A DNA stretch of 62,050 bases, the filler included, from Globobulimina sp. (Eukaryota): assembly GCA_003354225.1 (NCBI GenBank). It is 17 parts of 17 records of this genome, joined end to end, with 100 filler letters (N's around TTAATTAATTAA, not from the genome) between each part and the next. Parts side by side here need not be neighbours in the genome. Positions count along the whole stretch, not along the records: positions 18,297 to 21,853 come from PIVH01002514.1; positions 21,954 to 25,510 come from PIVH01002515.1; positions 25,611 to 29,166 come from PIVH01002516.1; positions 29,267 to 32,822 come from PIVH01002517.1; positions 32,923 to 36,477 come from PIVH01002518.1; 12 more parts are not named here. One strand, given 5' to 3'. The stretch's first letter is position 1. Each line of letters begins with the position of its first letter. Below the pieces are notes generated by a model. The model ran no database searches, was not told where the DNA came from, and was given only the letters and a program-made list of their open reading frames with translations. Shown here piece by piece: positions 21,840-34,265 of this stretch. Both the position numbers and the translations under genes were made by a program.

Positions 21840-21953
21840 TGGGAAATTACAAANNNNNNNNNNNNNNNNNNNNNNNNNNNNNNNNNNNNNNNNNNNNTTA
21901 ATTAATTAANNNNNNNNNNNNNNNNNNNNNNNNNNNNNNNNNNNNNNNNNNNN

Positions 21954-23799
21954 ATATGGCAAACCTTTCAATATTCTCGCTTTGCTTATTTTATCTAAAT
22001 TTCCACACTCTTTGTTCTCTTCATTTTGTCGAGAGATCTCTCGCAATTTTACACTAAACTCATCTCGAACCAATATCTCATCCACACTCAACCGATGCCG
22101 CTCTCTCACCAACACAGCCTCATCCATTACAGCCTCAGTCCCTGCATAACACAACAGATACAATCACATTATCCTCGCACCCAAATCAAACACAAAAATG
22201 AATAATAAAATAAGAAATTGCACGAAAATACTTCTGCGCAAGGATAAAATAGTAAAAACATACCAAAATTCATCTGCACCCTTTTACTTTTCTTCCTTTT
22301 TACATTTTTCACCACCGGCGCGGACGCAGCCAAATCCGCCACCACTTCATTCTGCACATACTCCACAGTCATACCACTCTCATTCATCATAGGTGGCTGT
22401 GCCTGCACTGCCGGGGCCTCTGCCGGTGGCTGCGACTGTGGCGCTCCTTGCGGTGCTACGATATCATGCTGCATTGCTTGCACCTGATGATAGCTGTGAT
22501 TGCCACTATTATTGTTCGCATAGCCACTCTGTTGATAATTATAGCCATCCGGATATGCCACACCATTGTAATTGACAACATTAGCAATCACCCCATCATT
22601 GAAGCTATTCCCTTGGGCTTGATACACATTATTCATACTATTCATATTAATCTGTTGCTGTTGCAATAGATACTGTTGCTGCTGCTGCTGCTGCTGCTGT
22701 TGCTGTACCGCCAACTCCCTCTGTCTCAACAACTCCTCCTGTTGCCTCCTCTCAACCTCTTGCTGTTGCTGCTGTTGTACGTGTACCTGTTGCTGCTGCT
22801 GTTGCTGTTGTAGCTGTTTCATCCTTTCTTGCTCTCTCTGTTGTTGATAGATCGTATTATCATTCAATACCACAAACGACTCATTATTATCATTTGCGGC
22901 ACGGTTCTCCATATAACCCTTTTCTACCTCACCCACATCATCAAATAGATCGATATCTGCGTTATCTTCCTCTTCCACATAGTCCTCCTCCTCCTCCTCT
23001 GCATGGAATGTATCAATCGCATTATCAATCACATCGCCACCCAATTTCTGTTTGTTTTTCTTAGACTTCCGGTTTTTTTTGCGTTCCTCCCGACGCCGTT
23101 CTAATGGATCTATAATCAATCCATGCTCATCCACTTCGAAATTATCCTCATCATCCTCGTCGTCGTCATCATCTTCGTCATCGTCCTCGTCGTCATCCTC
23201 ATCGTCCGCCTCTGCGTTGGCGTTTCTGTTATGGTTTCTCACTCGGCGTTGTCGCTGTGTATTATACAGAAACAATGCAAAAACAGACTAAATTATGTAG
23301 AATGCAGTAAACTTAATACTTTATAGGCAGAGGGATCGAAATCTTCATCCTCAGAGTCTTTGTTTTGTCGCTTTTCTTTTTCTAAATCTTTGCGCCATTT
23401 TTTCTGTCTCGCCACTGCATCTTCAATGGACGCATTGTATTCGGGGAGATCTTCGTCTTCGACTTTTAATTCAGAGACTAAGCGGGCTTCGATTTGCAAT
23501 GAAAATGGTATGATGCGGTCACGCGTTAACCAATCGACGCGGTTATGATCTTCACCGAACCATCGGACTGGTAAACGAGGCGTACGACCGGTGCCTTTGT
23601 CACCATCTAATAATGTAAAATCACACTGTGCGGGCCACCAAGGAAAGTCTTCTAAGCGCGCCCACACCACTTCTAAATCGCGATAAATGTAATTTGTATA
23701 ATTTGTATGCACTGATTTATGCCGTTTAAAGGCTGGTGATTCTATATCTTCATCGATGGCATCACCCTCATATTGTTTACGTTTACCTAATACGGACAT
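21954..23799 (-). CDS. PWWP-domain chromatin protein with acidic and poly-Q tracts, multi-exon, 3' truncated
   Basis: VVWARLEDFPWWPA...VRWFGE motif. Successive same-strand ORFs 23293..23799, 22169..23275 and ~21954..22163 are separated by intron-like gaps. Confidence 0.75.
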
Positions 23800-24045
23800 C
23801 CACTCTGATTAATGTTTTGAATTAATGATAGGAAGCTTACTTGAAACGAAAAGATGATCTATTCACTGTTTTTTTAATTTAGAGTTTTTTAAATGAAAAC
23901 AAAACCTTTTTGTTGCTGCGTTGCACGCGACTCGGATACGTACTGATCCGGTATTTCCAAATTACACGTTTTTTATCTCATTTGCCGAAGTGGCGTGCAA
24001 ACGTGTTTCTAAAAACACGCTCTTGTACTGGTTTTCTTCAAGAGC

Positions 24046-25510
24046 ATGGCAGATGAAGATGCACAGAAAGTGTTGCCAGAATATACAAAGAAGTTTGGCC
24101 GCTTACCGAATCAACCACATCATCTAATTACTTTCTCTAAATTACGATCGGATCTACCAAATCTAAATTATCACAGCGCAAAGGGTATCATAGCAAACCT
24201 CAATCATCAACAACACAGTGATATGGATATCGCACAAGCAAAAGCATTGCCAGCGGAGCATGCCCAGGAAGGACTGTTATCAGAAGACGATGAAGATGAT
24301 GATGCATTATATATTGATGGTGACCATACCACTGCGCCTGGTTTTGTTGCACAAGTTAAATCTGCAAAATAAATTGTACACATACATACATTACATATAT
24401 ACTGTACGTATACATGATTATACAGCTGGCAATGCAAGAAAATGTCATAGCAAACGCAGACGAGTTTGATTATATATCACCACATTCACCAGATGGGGAT
24501 GCAGTAAATCCATCCAATAATGAAGCCAATGCAGCACCAAAAGCAAAATTAAACATCCACTCACTTCGCGATTGGTGCCTGGATAATGGCTTAATGGATA
24601 TCTACGATAAATTGGTATCTGCCGGATATACCACATGCAAAATGTTAAGCAAATGTCGTGACGAACAGATAGATGAAATCAGCAAAGATTTGGCGTTTAC
24701 TACACCGCAAGAACTAACTTTTAAAGTTGCTGTGGAAGAATTGCGTACTTTGTATTTGGAGAACAATTATCAGCTACGACACCCAGAAGAACATAGGTCA
24801 TTAACGGACATTATATCAAAAATCAAGGACTCTGAGAAATTGATGATAAAGTTCCATGGCAAGATGCAGTATATGCACAATGAGATATATTCGTATCAAA
24901 TGGACGTTGAGCGGGAGTTCCAGACTATGATTGAACAGCTGCACAAACGGAAAATGATTTTAATAAATGATTTGAATAAGTTTTTCATCAAAAAGAAAAG
25001 TATTATCACCATGAAACAACAGACGTTGACTGCATTCATTACGGAGGCAAAACTACAGAAAAATAATATTTTTTCCATGTTACAAGATGGTGACATCGAT
25101 TATACCAAAATTGAACAACGAAAGCGAAAAGTAATAGCGCTTCATGATGATATTATTGTTGGTTTCTTGAATGTGAAGAAAGTGGAATATGGTGGCTTGC
25201 CCAAAGTGAATACATCCTTTCCAACCACACACAACTTATTGACGGAAATATCGCGTTTTGGAACGGTGACTGAGAATATACAAAATACGTTGGGTGTAAT
25301 GCCTGTGATTACAATGATAAATCATTCTGGAAAGTCGACCATAATTAAAATAAAATGGGAGCTGACAAATGATCATTATGGAATTGACGCAGATACGGTA
25401 AAATCGATACGGATTGAATGGATTGAAGTGGATGAGCAGGAGTTGCAAAATGAATTGCAAATAACGGATGGAATGGTGGCTAGGAACTCGCGCCCACAAC
25501 ATATACCAGG
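24046..25510 (+). CDS. SAM-like + coiled-coil (+ probable FN3) protein, 3' truncated
   Basis: Intron ~24355..24425 joins the ORFs. SAM-like LRDWCLDNGLMDIYDKLVSAGY, then a coiled coil, then IKIKWE. Confidence 0.55.
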
Positions 25511-26527
25511 NNNNNNNNNNNNNNNNNNNNNNNNNNNNNNNNNNNNNNNNNNNNTTAATTAATTAANNNNNNNNNNNNNNNNNNNNNNNNNNNNNNNNNN
25601 NNNNNNNNNNATGTGCTGCTATGCGTCTGCTTGACTAGTGCACATCTAAACCTAAATATACTGTACAAAAAGTGTGGCAAATATAAACTAAAATGTGTAT
25701 TTGAGAGAATCATGGCTGAATCCATGACAGATATAATGGAGGCCAATTAAAATGAATTGAAATTTTTTGATTTGTCAGAAAATCATTTGGGCAATGTTTA
25801 AGAGATGCATGTCGCTCCAGGTTATCTCGAGAATGGTTATTGACATTCAGCAAACCAACCGAAACAAGGGTTCTCTAGCTGTCTGGTATATATCATTCAA
25901 CCTTTGTTTTGATTGCATAAAGGAAATGCATTGGATGTTAATGTTTATATCAATTTAATATAGAGCATTGCAGTCCTCTTCACATGCATCCTTTCTGACA
26001 TCGATTATGCTGACAAATAACGGTCCAGACAATTTACGGTCCGTGCTATTCTGCCTGACTGTTTTGTTACCCACACTTCCTTCTGATACCCAAACAATCC
26101 CTGGGTTTTCGACTTCTGGGTTCCCCTGCAATTACCATCGAATGGGTTCCCTAACAACTTCTTTTGGTTTGGGGAGGTCCCTTGGGAGGGATCCTTTTGG
26201 AAAGATCTTTTTCAATGGTTCCACCGCCAAAGCCAAATTGCAATCGCACCTAGCGGTCCAGTGTCATAAATTTATTAGGCACTAATTGGGGCGCAGCATC
26301 TACCTTTTCAAAAATTGGTTCCCCCTCTTTTGCGATTGGCTCCACTCAGCCCAACCTTTCTGGCTATCAATCCAACCCAAGTTACAGGTTGTAAATGGTG
26401 CTAACCTGTATTACTATTTCAGATTATCGATTCAGTCATATCCAGGTCAGGCTACAGCAACATAATACCTCCTGGAGCATGCAAGCAGCACCAGATTCAG
26501 GCAACGATGCAATGATGTGGGTGGTTG

Positions 26528-26671
26528 TAGGATGGACAACCACCAGTCAAATAGCAATCGTCACATGACATAGGATGGACAATGTCCAGTCAAACGGCAA
26601 TCGTCACATGACATAGGATGGACAACCACCAGTCAAATAGCAATCGTCACATGACATAGGATGGACAATGT
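26528..26671. repeat. 43-bp tandem repeat x3.3 with alternating variants
   Basis: TAGGATGGACAA(CCA/TGT)CCAGTCAAA(TA/CG)GCAATCGTCACATGACA, with no spacers. Confidence 0.9.
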
Positions 26672-27454
26672 ATAGTATTCCGGGGTTGTGTAAGTAGCTA
26701 CCCAAGATCGTTGCTCGATGGAGTGGTTGCAGTAGGAACCGTGTTTTTGCTCTCTGAAATTAGGGATTTTTTTCCTGAAAAATAAAGCTTGCTTTTTTTA
26801 CTCGGCACACGTCTTGCACAACGGGAACATCAGTTTGTCGCGAACACTGAAAAAAAGGCAATTTTCGGGAGCACAACGGTTGATTAGTTACCGCAAAGGT
26901 AATGGTGGAAATATTATGATCTGATTGGCGGGTGCCAATGTACGCACTTTAATCAAACCAAAATAATTTTCCAATGTCGACAATTCAAAATTATCCAATG
27001 AGTAGCCATCTATTTTCGTTGGATGGTCTGTAGGATATTCTTTAATTTTATGTTTAAAAAATATCAAACTTACCCGTCGGGTATTCGTTGGTGATCATCG
27101 AGTGGGGGTAAAGCTAAATAAATATCATTGAGTGGGCTTTTCCACGCTGCCTCGTTTCGACATTAATTTTCGCCGCCTTTAGTCATAACAGCGTCGAAAA
27201 GAGGCGGCCATTAAACGGCGCTAGACACTTACACTATTTAAATCGAAATAGCTGATCCGGTAGCCGCTGTCGTTGATAAGTGAATCGGACAACTGAGCCA
27301 GTAGAATACCCTGACTTACGCGTCCGCCTAAATTGAACCTAGAAAATAATAAAACAAATAATATAATCCTACAGTATATTATCATATTATATAATTATAT
27401 TATTAGTATTATTATTATTATTTATTATTATATTATCCTTACAGTATTATTATT

Positions 27455-28430
27455 GTATGAGATAGATGTCGCTCCAGGAAACGGGATTTACTGATACCAA
27501 TTATAACTATTTTGAATTGTTTTGGGCAATGAGTATGAGATAGATGTCGCTCCTGGAAACACGGAGATATAATGGAGGCCAATTAAAATGAATTGAAATT
27601 TTTTGATTTGTCAGAAAATCATTTGGGCAATATTTAAGAGATGCATGCCGCTTCAGGAAACGGACCAAATAAAACGAATTTGAATTTTTCGGTTTGTCAG
27701 AAAAACATTTGTGAAATGTTTGAGAGATGCATGTCGCTCAGGGAAAAGGGTGATATTACTGATACCAATTAAAATGAATTTGAATTTTTTGGTTTGTCAG
27801 AAAATCATTTGGGCAATGAGTATGAGATAGATGTCGCTCCAGGAAACACGGAGATATAATGGAGGCCAATTAAAACGAATTGAGATTTTTTGGTTGAATT
27901 TTTCTTTTGGTCAGAAAATCATTTGGGCAAACGTGGAAACGTGGTGATTTAATTGAGACCAATTAAAACTAATTTGAATTTTTTGGTTTGTCAGAAAATC
28001 ATTTGGGTAATGAGTATGAGATGCATGTCACTCTAGGAAATCGGGATGATATAATTGAGACCAATTAAAACTAATTTGAATTTTTTGGTTTGTCAGAAAA
28101 TCATTTGGGCAAATGTGTAAGAGATGCATGTCACTCCAGGAAACGGGGTGATATAATTAAGACCAATTAAAACTAATTTGAATTTTTTGGTTTGTCAGAA
28201 AATCATTTGGGCAATGTGTAGGAGATGCATGTCGCTCCGGGCAATGAGTATGAGATAGATGTCGCTCCAGGAAACGGGATGATATTACTGGTATGTCAGA
28301 AAATAATTTGTAAGGCAATATTTAAGAGACGCATGTCGCTCCAGGATACTAATTTTAATTGGTATGTCAGAAAATAATTTGGGCAATATGTAAGAGACGC
28401 ATGTCACTCTAGGAAACGGAGTGATTGAGA
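27455..28430. repeat. ~120-bp satellite array (further copy at ~25720..25820)
   Basis: Recurring GAGATGCATGTCGCTCCAGGAAAC...CCAATTAAAA...TTTGTCAGAAAATCATTTGGGCAA. Confidence 0.9.
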
Positions 28431-28699
28431 CCATTTGGAAAGATCCTTTGCAATCGTTCCACTGCCTTCGAAGTGTTATGTCAGTAACATACAGTACTTG
28501 TTCTGTTCGATCAATCAAAACAAAAATGTGCAGCAGCACACACAGGTGTTGTTGTGCTCACGTGGTATATATATCTTGTCCTATAACCTGCACATCCAAA
28601 ACATCATATCATATCCGTTTATTCTTCATTACTGAAGGTATTGATATACAAAATATGAATAACAACATTATACTACAAAATACAAGAAAATTAATAACG

Positions 28700-29166
28700 T
28701 TCCTATTCAAACGCGATCAAAATTTTATTTAAATTATTATTCGATTATCGATAAAAATCGATTAAAAAACGATTATTTTAGTTATTTTTGAAACTTTAAC
28801 CAAAATGGTTCAAACCTTTTTAGATCGAAAGCTAATAAGGTTGCGAGTCAAACTCGGTCAAAATTTGATTTAAATTAATTGTCGATTATCGACAAAAATC
28901 GATTAAAAATCGATAATTTTAGTTATTTTTGAAAAGTTAACGAAAATGGTTCAAACCTTTTTAGATCGAAAGCTAATACGCTTCCGAGTTAAACGCGATA
29001 AAAATTTGATTTAAATTATTGTTCGATTATCGATAAAAATCGATTAAATATCGATAATTTTAGATATTTTTGATTTGTTAATGATAAACATTGATTCTTT
29101 TTTCCATAGAAAGCTAATAAGGTTCTGAGTCAAACGCGAACAAAATATGATTTAGATTATTGTTTG
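28700..29166. repeat. 141-bp satellite, ~3.3 copies, running off the contig end
   Basis: Unit starts AAACGCGATCAAAATT at ~28709, 28850, 28991 and 29132. Confidence 0.9.
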
Positions 29167-29484
29167 NNNNNNNNNNNNNNNNNNNNNNNNNNNNNNNNNN
29201 NNNNNNNNNNTTAATTAATTAANNNNNNNNNNNNNNNNNNNNNNNNNNNNNNNNNNNNNNNNNNNNTAAGCCAACAGAGTTATAAATAGACTCTGGTAAA
29301 TCTTTATTAAATTCCAACAATGCAGATTTTAGCACTGTATGATGTAAAAGTGTTTTTATTTGATTTGCGATTTTTTTACTATTTGTTTTTTGGAAACTTT
29401 TGTATCAAAACCTCTCATTCAAAAATTGCAATGTGAAAAAGAATGATTTTTCGTATACACGATTGTGTATACAACTTTTACAAA

Positions 29485-29940
29485 TTAGTTATCTTTTTTG
29501 TTAGAACTCGATTGAGCATCGGTAGCATTGTCAGAACTCGGCGAGCGGCGCCATCCAACCGTAAACATCGCGCTGTCACTCGGTCCATATTGACCATCAC
29601 CGTGATACATGACTTGATCATTAACGATTATATTATAAAAGCCAGCGCCATCACAACACATAATTGTGAAATAATATTCACCCGCTTGTAATGTAGGGAA
29701 TGCCTCAATAACTTCTGTATTAGGGTTTGTATAATAACTGTAATCTCTGCTAGCCACCAATACTAAACCAGGATATGTTTCAAGTTTCCACGATATTTCC
29801 CTTGGAAAAGTATCTGTCATAAGCTGTAACCCGGTAAATGCGGAAACTGTTGTATTAATATAATAATGTTATGTTTTGTTAATGTAATTCGCAGTTAACA
29901 CACCTGTCGATACCAATAATAAGATGCACAAATAATACAT
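29485..29940 (-). CDS. Small secreted protein, 2 exons
   Basis: Hydrophobic start MYYLCILLLVSTG at 29940, a short intron, then TDTFPREISWKL beta-sandwich-like domain. Confidence 0.5.
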
Positions 29941-30218
29941 GCTAATTATACTTGTTTTCAAAATCATTATTTTTGAACTTTGCGATTATTTTAACGGTTA
30001 GATTTTAACGGTTTAGTGAATAAAGGATGGTTTGAATGGCGTAATTTAGGATGGTTTGGATGGCGTAATACGTACAACGATTTTCTGCTCTTTGCCTTGA
30101 TGACTAGTTTTTGCTTACCCAAAAACCTCCCATATCGTTGAAATGCTACGGCCGTAAACAGTATATAGTTTATTAAACTCAATTCAGACATTATCTGTTG
30201 ACACACTCGAATGACTCG

Positions 30219-31907
30219 ATGTTATTAAACATTCCTTTTAACACTAAGCGTAATATATGGTTGCTGTGTTTATGCGTAATAATATCATGCATTTTTTTTA
30301 TAAATGAAGAAAATAGTATCTCCAACACCATCGAGGATGCAATCAATGCATTAACACACAACATATCAAACACTAACATACGTATACCAACCACCAAAAC
30401 GCCAACAATGGACATCGAAATCTTAAATACGACAGATATGAATATCCCATTTAATTTGACTTGCACGTCTTTCAAACAAATATGCAATAATTTGAGCACA
30501 TCGATAAACATCAAATTTGCCCATATAACAATCGAGGAATTTAATACCAAATGTAAACACATTAAGCAATTTATTGTTGAAAATGCGCCATTATTATCAC
30601 CATTATTCATATTATCATTCCGCAGGGAATTCATTTTAAATAAATATTATAAATACATCGCTCCAAATTGTTTGAAAATGCTGGCCATCGCATTCAAAAT
30701 GTTACACTCGAAAGCATTGTCCTTTCATCACATAAAAGAAGCAGTATTGTATCATACGCACATTTCCAAAGCAGCTGGCAGTGCTAACCACAATTCCATC
30801 ATAAACATAATGCAGCAGCTCACCAACCACAAATACATCAATTACAAGTATAAAATATTAAATCGCGGCGTAAAAGGATACGCGCGCGGTTTTGTTATCT
30901 GTGGCGGTCCGGATTGTGGCTCATTTCCTTCCTGCAAGCAATATTACAGTGACTTGCTGAAAGAGGAAGGAGATAATGAAAGAATTGTACGTATGGCTGA
31001 TGAGCGACCCTTATCAAACAGGAAAATCTGCCCACAATTCTATAATTCAATCATTATTCGAGAGCCAATCAGTCATCGACTATCATTTTTAGCTTTCATG
31101 AATCGGTTCAATCCGAGCAAGAAAGCTTTGTATTATGTTACAAATACAAATAAAAATAACTTTGAACAGCATATGTGTTTACATAGCAATGAGATGAAAG
31201 GCGTTCTCAATGAATTGTTTCAAGACAACAACACTGGATATTTTATGGATGCGTTGAGAAAGCAATCCAGACAAAATAAAGGAGGCTATGTGTATGAATG
31301 GATAAATCCAAATGAGAGGAAGTTTGTGATTGGTGTACGACAGGCAAAGCGTTCTAAAAATAATAAAGTTGCGCTGAGCAGAGAGAATGTGACAAAATGT
31401 GTGCATCGCGAGTTTAATACGACATATTTAATGGGATGGTTAAGTAATACGTATGCGCGATGGATTGGGTATGACCATCCAAACGAGGATACTGTTTTAG
31501 ATTCGCTGTTTATTGATTATGTGCAAATAAATGAAGACTTTAATTACTTGCTATGGAATACAAAACGTTTATTAATTCAATATGATTATGTGTTGCCATT
31601 AGATACTAAACAATATACCACTCAACACCCAATTTATCAGTATTATGCCAAAGATATTCAAAACAAAATATTCAATATAACTCAAATAAATGATTTCTAT
31701 ATTTCCAATTTAAGCGTTGCGGCGTATAATTATAAGAAGGCCCAATTTGGAATTTCAACACATGGATTGTTCACTGTGTTTAATGAAAGTCAAGAATTGG
31801 ATTTATTGGTAAGTTTGAATCAAATTGATTTAAAAATATTTGAATTTTCTAAAAACATTGCTATGGCTGATATTCTTTTTAATGAATGGCTGCGATTTGA
31901 AGAATGA
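30219..31907 (+). CDS. Type II membrane (Golgi-type) sulfotransferase-like protein
   Basis: N-terminal TM anchor, 5'-PSB-like HTHISKAAGS and 3'-PB-like IIREPISHRLS. Confidence 0.7.
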   Translation: MLLNIPFNTKRNIWLLCLCVIISCIFFINEENSISNTIEDAINALTHNISNTNIRIPTTKTPTMDIEILNTTDMNIPFNLTCTSFKQICNNLSTSINIKFAHITIEEFNTKCKHIKQFIVENAPLLSPLFILSFRREFILNKYYKYIAPNCLKMLAIAFKMLHSKALSFHHIKEAVLYHTHISKAAGSANHNSIINIMQQLTNHKYINYKYKILNRGVKGYARGFVICGGPDCGSFPSCKQYYSDLLKEEGDNERIVRMADERPLSNRKICPQFYNSIIIREPISHRLSFLAFMNRFNPSKKALYYVTNTNKNNFEQHMCLHSNEMKGVLNELFQDNNTGYFMDALRKQSRQNKGGYVYEWINPNERKFVIGVRQAKRSKNNKVALSRENVTKCVHREFNTTYLMGWLSNTYARWIGYDHPNEDTVLDSLFIDYVQINEDFNYLLWNTKRLLIQYDYVLPLDTKQYTTQHPIYQYYAKDIQNKIFNITQINDFYISNLSVAAYNYKKAQFGISTHGLFTVFNESQELDLLVSLNQIDLKIFEFSKNIAMADILFNEWLRFEE

Positions 31908-32035
31908 ACATTTGTCACAGTGCAATGATTTCTGTATAGATTCAATAAAACAGATTAATTTAACACATATCTTGTAATAATAGTACATTAACAATGAATT
32001 GGAAATCAAATGTCAATATCTTATGAAAAAACAGT

Positions 32036-32822
32036 TCATTTTGATTGTTGAGCAAGTTTTTTCCAATCGCCTTCCGGCATTCTTCCAGATTTCAAAATTG
32101 CTTCCAATTTCTCAAACTCTTGATTCGTTGTTGCAGAATGTATTGCTTTTTGTATAATTTGTATCTGCGATTGAGATAATTTAATATCGCCATGGCCGTT
32201 CATTGCGACATCATTTATTTCTTCCTTTCCCTCCACTTCATCCCCATCCATATTTACATCGCCATCAACATTCACATCCTTCTTATTTGATTTCTTATTT
32301 TTTAGTTTCGTTTTTTTATTTTTTTTGACGTTTTCTTTCGCACTTTTTTTATTTTTACGTTTTATCACACATTTTCCAAATATTTTCTCCGCCTCATTCC
32401 GTTCCTTACATAGCATAAAAACACAAATCATTATTGAGCTGCGAGTAAAACCTATAAAATATACAAAAAAAATAGAGCTCAACGTATGAAAAAGAAAAAA
32501 ATAACTAACACTTTGCTTAATTTTTTGGAAATCGAGATGTTTTAATTTCGGACATCGAGCGATTGCGTACAATCTGTAACCATCCTGTTTCGTGACGGGG
32601 TTATCCATAATATTTAATCTTAATAAGTTATCAAACTCAGTTAAACCATCCAACTGCGATAACTGTGGAAGTTGCGGGGAATGGATTCAATAAACAGTGC
32701 AAGGATAAAATTAGTGAAATAAACATACTTTTTCAATCTTATTGTTGGATAGCATTAGATTTTGTAAATTTGGCAAGTATCTGCCTAATCCTTTGGCAAT
32801 TTGTGCTACACAAAAATCATCA
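32036..32822 (-). CDS. SNRPA1: U2 snRNP A' (LRR) protein, 5' truncated, with introns
   Basis: NPVTKQDGYRLYAIARCPKLKHLDFQKIKQ..ERNEAEKIF and C-terminal IQKAIHSATTNQEFEKLEAILKSG. Confidence 0.88.
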
Positions 32823-33149
32823 NNNNNNNNNNNNNNNNNNNNNNNNNNNNNNNNNNNNNNNNNNNNTTAATTAATTAANNNNNNNNNNNNNNNNNNNNNN
32901 NNNNNNNNNNNNNNNNNNNNNNTGCCATGATCGCGTCTGAAGTTAAGTAAAAAGTTTTTCTCCAGTGCCAATATCAAAACAGTTTCGATCCATTTGAATA
33001 TTTTTGCAAGATCCATCCAAATCTCTGATCGATGCCACAACATATACATGTACGTTTTGGGGTGTTTTTGTTGCTATTTTGAGCCTACTTATGTTTTTCC
33101 TGATGTCCATATATGGATATCCTGAATAGATGGTACAGTATATATCTTT

Positions 33150-34139
33150 CTATGTTGAATAGGATCTTTCCATAATTCTCCTGACATTTTCATAGCACAG
33201 AAAAACAACTGCATGCTGGGGAGTGCATCTCTGTGTAAATACATATCAATTATCAACATAGAAACATAGTGAATCACATTATTCACATACCAACAAAGTA
33301 GCGCCTAAACCTCTATAAATGTTTAATTTCCCACCTTCTCTCCGTATATGGTCAGTAACAGCTCTCCCAAATGCTAACTTACCATATTCATACTTTTGTA
33401 ATTGATAATACGTTTTAATGTGATCCAAAGGATAGGCAAAACTCCATGACAACAATCCTGCAACACCACCACCAATAAATGGTATAAGCTGTGTCTTTCT
33501 GTCCCTATCATATTCCTCCATAATCCATTCATAACTCACAAAATATACACCCAAAGCAGGTGAATCGCGTAAGACAGTCACTCCAAAACCTCTATATATT
33601 CCGTGTCTGAATCCAAACGACTTATACAATGATACTGCTTCGATATATTCTTGCTGGATAGTTGCAGATTGAATGCATGTCTTTTCTTGAACCATTAGTT
33701 TAAATAACTCCGTTGGTGCATTAATAACACACGATATGGCTCCAGCAATGCTGCCACATATATAAATGTCCAAATAATTGCATGGTTTCTTGGTATATGA
33801 CGATATAATGGACTTTGAGGATTCGAACGTTTGAAATAAAATGGCATTCATTAATCCCACTGTTAGTGTTGGTGCTGCTACTCCGCGGAATAAACCACGT
33901 ATTCCTTCATTGTGTTTGATCTGAATATACATTGAATTGCATGTAACAATCGTATATCATGTATACTGTACGTAGTTTTTAACTGATTGGAAATGTTGTA
34001 AAACCGACTTATTTTGATGTTTGAAGACTTGGCAACGTATTCGTATGGTATCTAATGGCTGCGTCGTTATTATCCCAGCCATTCCAGCGATGCATCCTGC
34101 CACGAAATCTTTTGAAAGTAGATAATCTTTGAGAGTCAT
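33150..34139 (-). CDS. Mitochondrial carrier (SLC25; carnitine/basic amino acid-type), 3 exons
   Basis: Three Px[D/E]xx[K/R] repeats (PLDTIR, PTELFK, PLDHIK). Last exon 33230..33150 (RCTPQHAVVFLCYE) follows a 60-nt intron 33290..33231. Confidence 0.88.
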
Positions 34140-34265
34140 TTACAAAATGTCCACGAAAACTGCCCAGTGAACTGTAGATAGCATTTGATAATGGTTTACT
34201 AATCACAGAATATTCGAAACGAAACCAAGTTTGTGCGATTATTAACACACAAGTACTTCGAAAAA

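Larger units (their letters stand above)
18297..21853. repeat. Contig with exact 119-bp terminal direct repeat (3438-bp circle or tandem unit)
   Basis: 18297..18415 is identical to 21735..21853. The NIPA gene start and its upstream DNA are continuous across the join. Confidence 0.9.

Noticed and set aside
26528-26671. CRISPR-like array
   Set aside because: Units are contiguous with no unique spacers, and there are no cas genes.
25980-27340. Possible rRNA gene in the GC-richer, ORF-poor stretch
   Set aside because: No universal SSU/LSU motifs were recognised on either strand.
30023-30069. 24-bp direct repeat between divergent genes as a regulatory site
   Set aside because: Only two copies and no independent support. 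A local duplication is sufficient.
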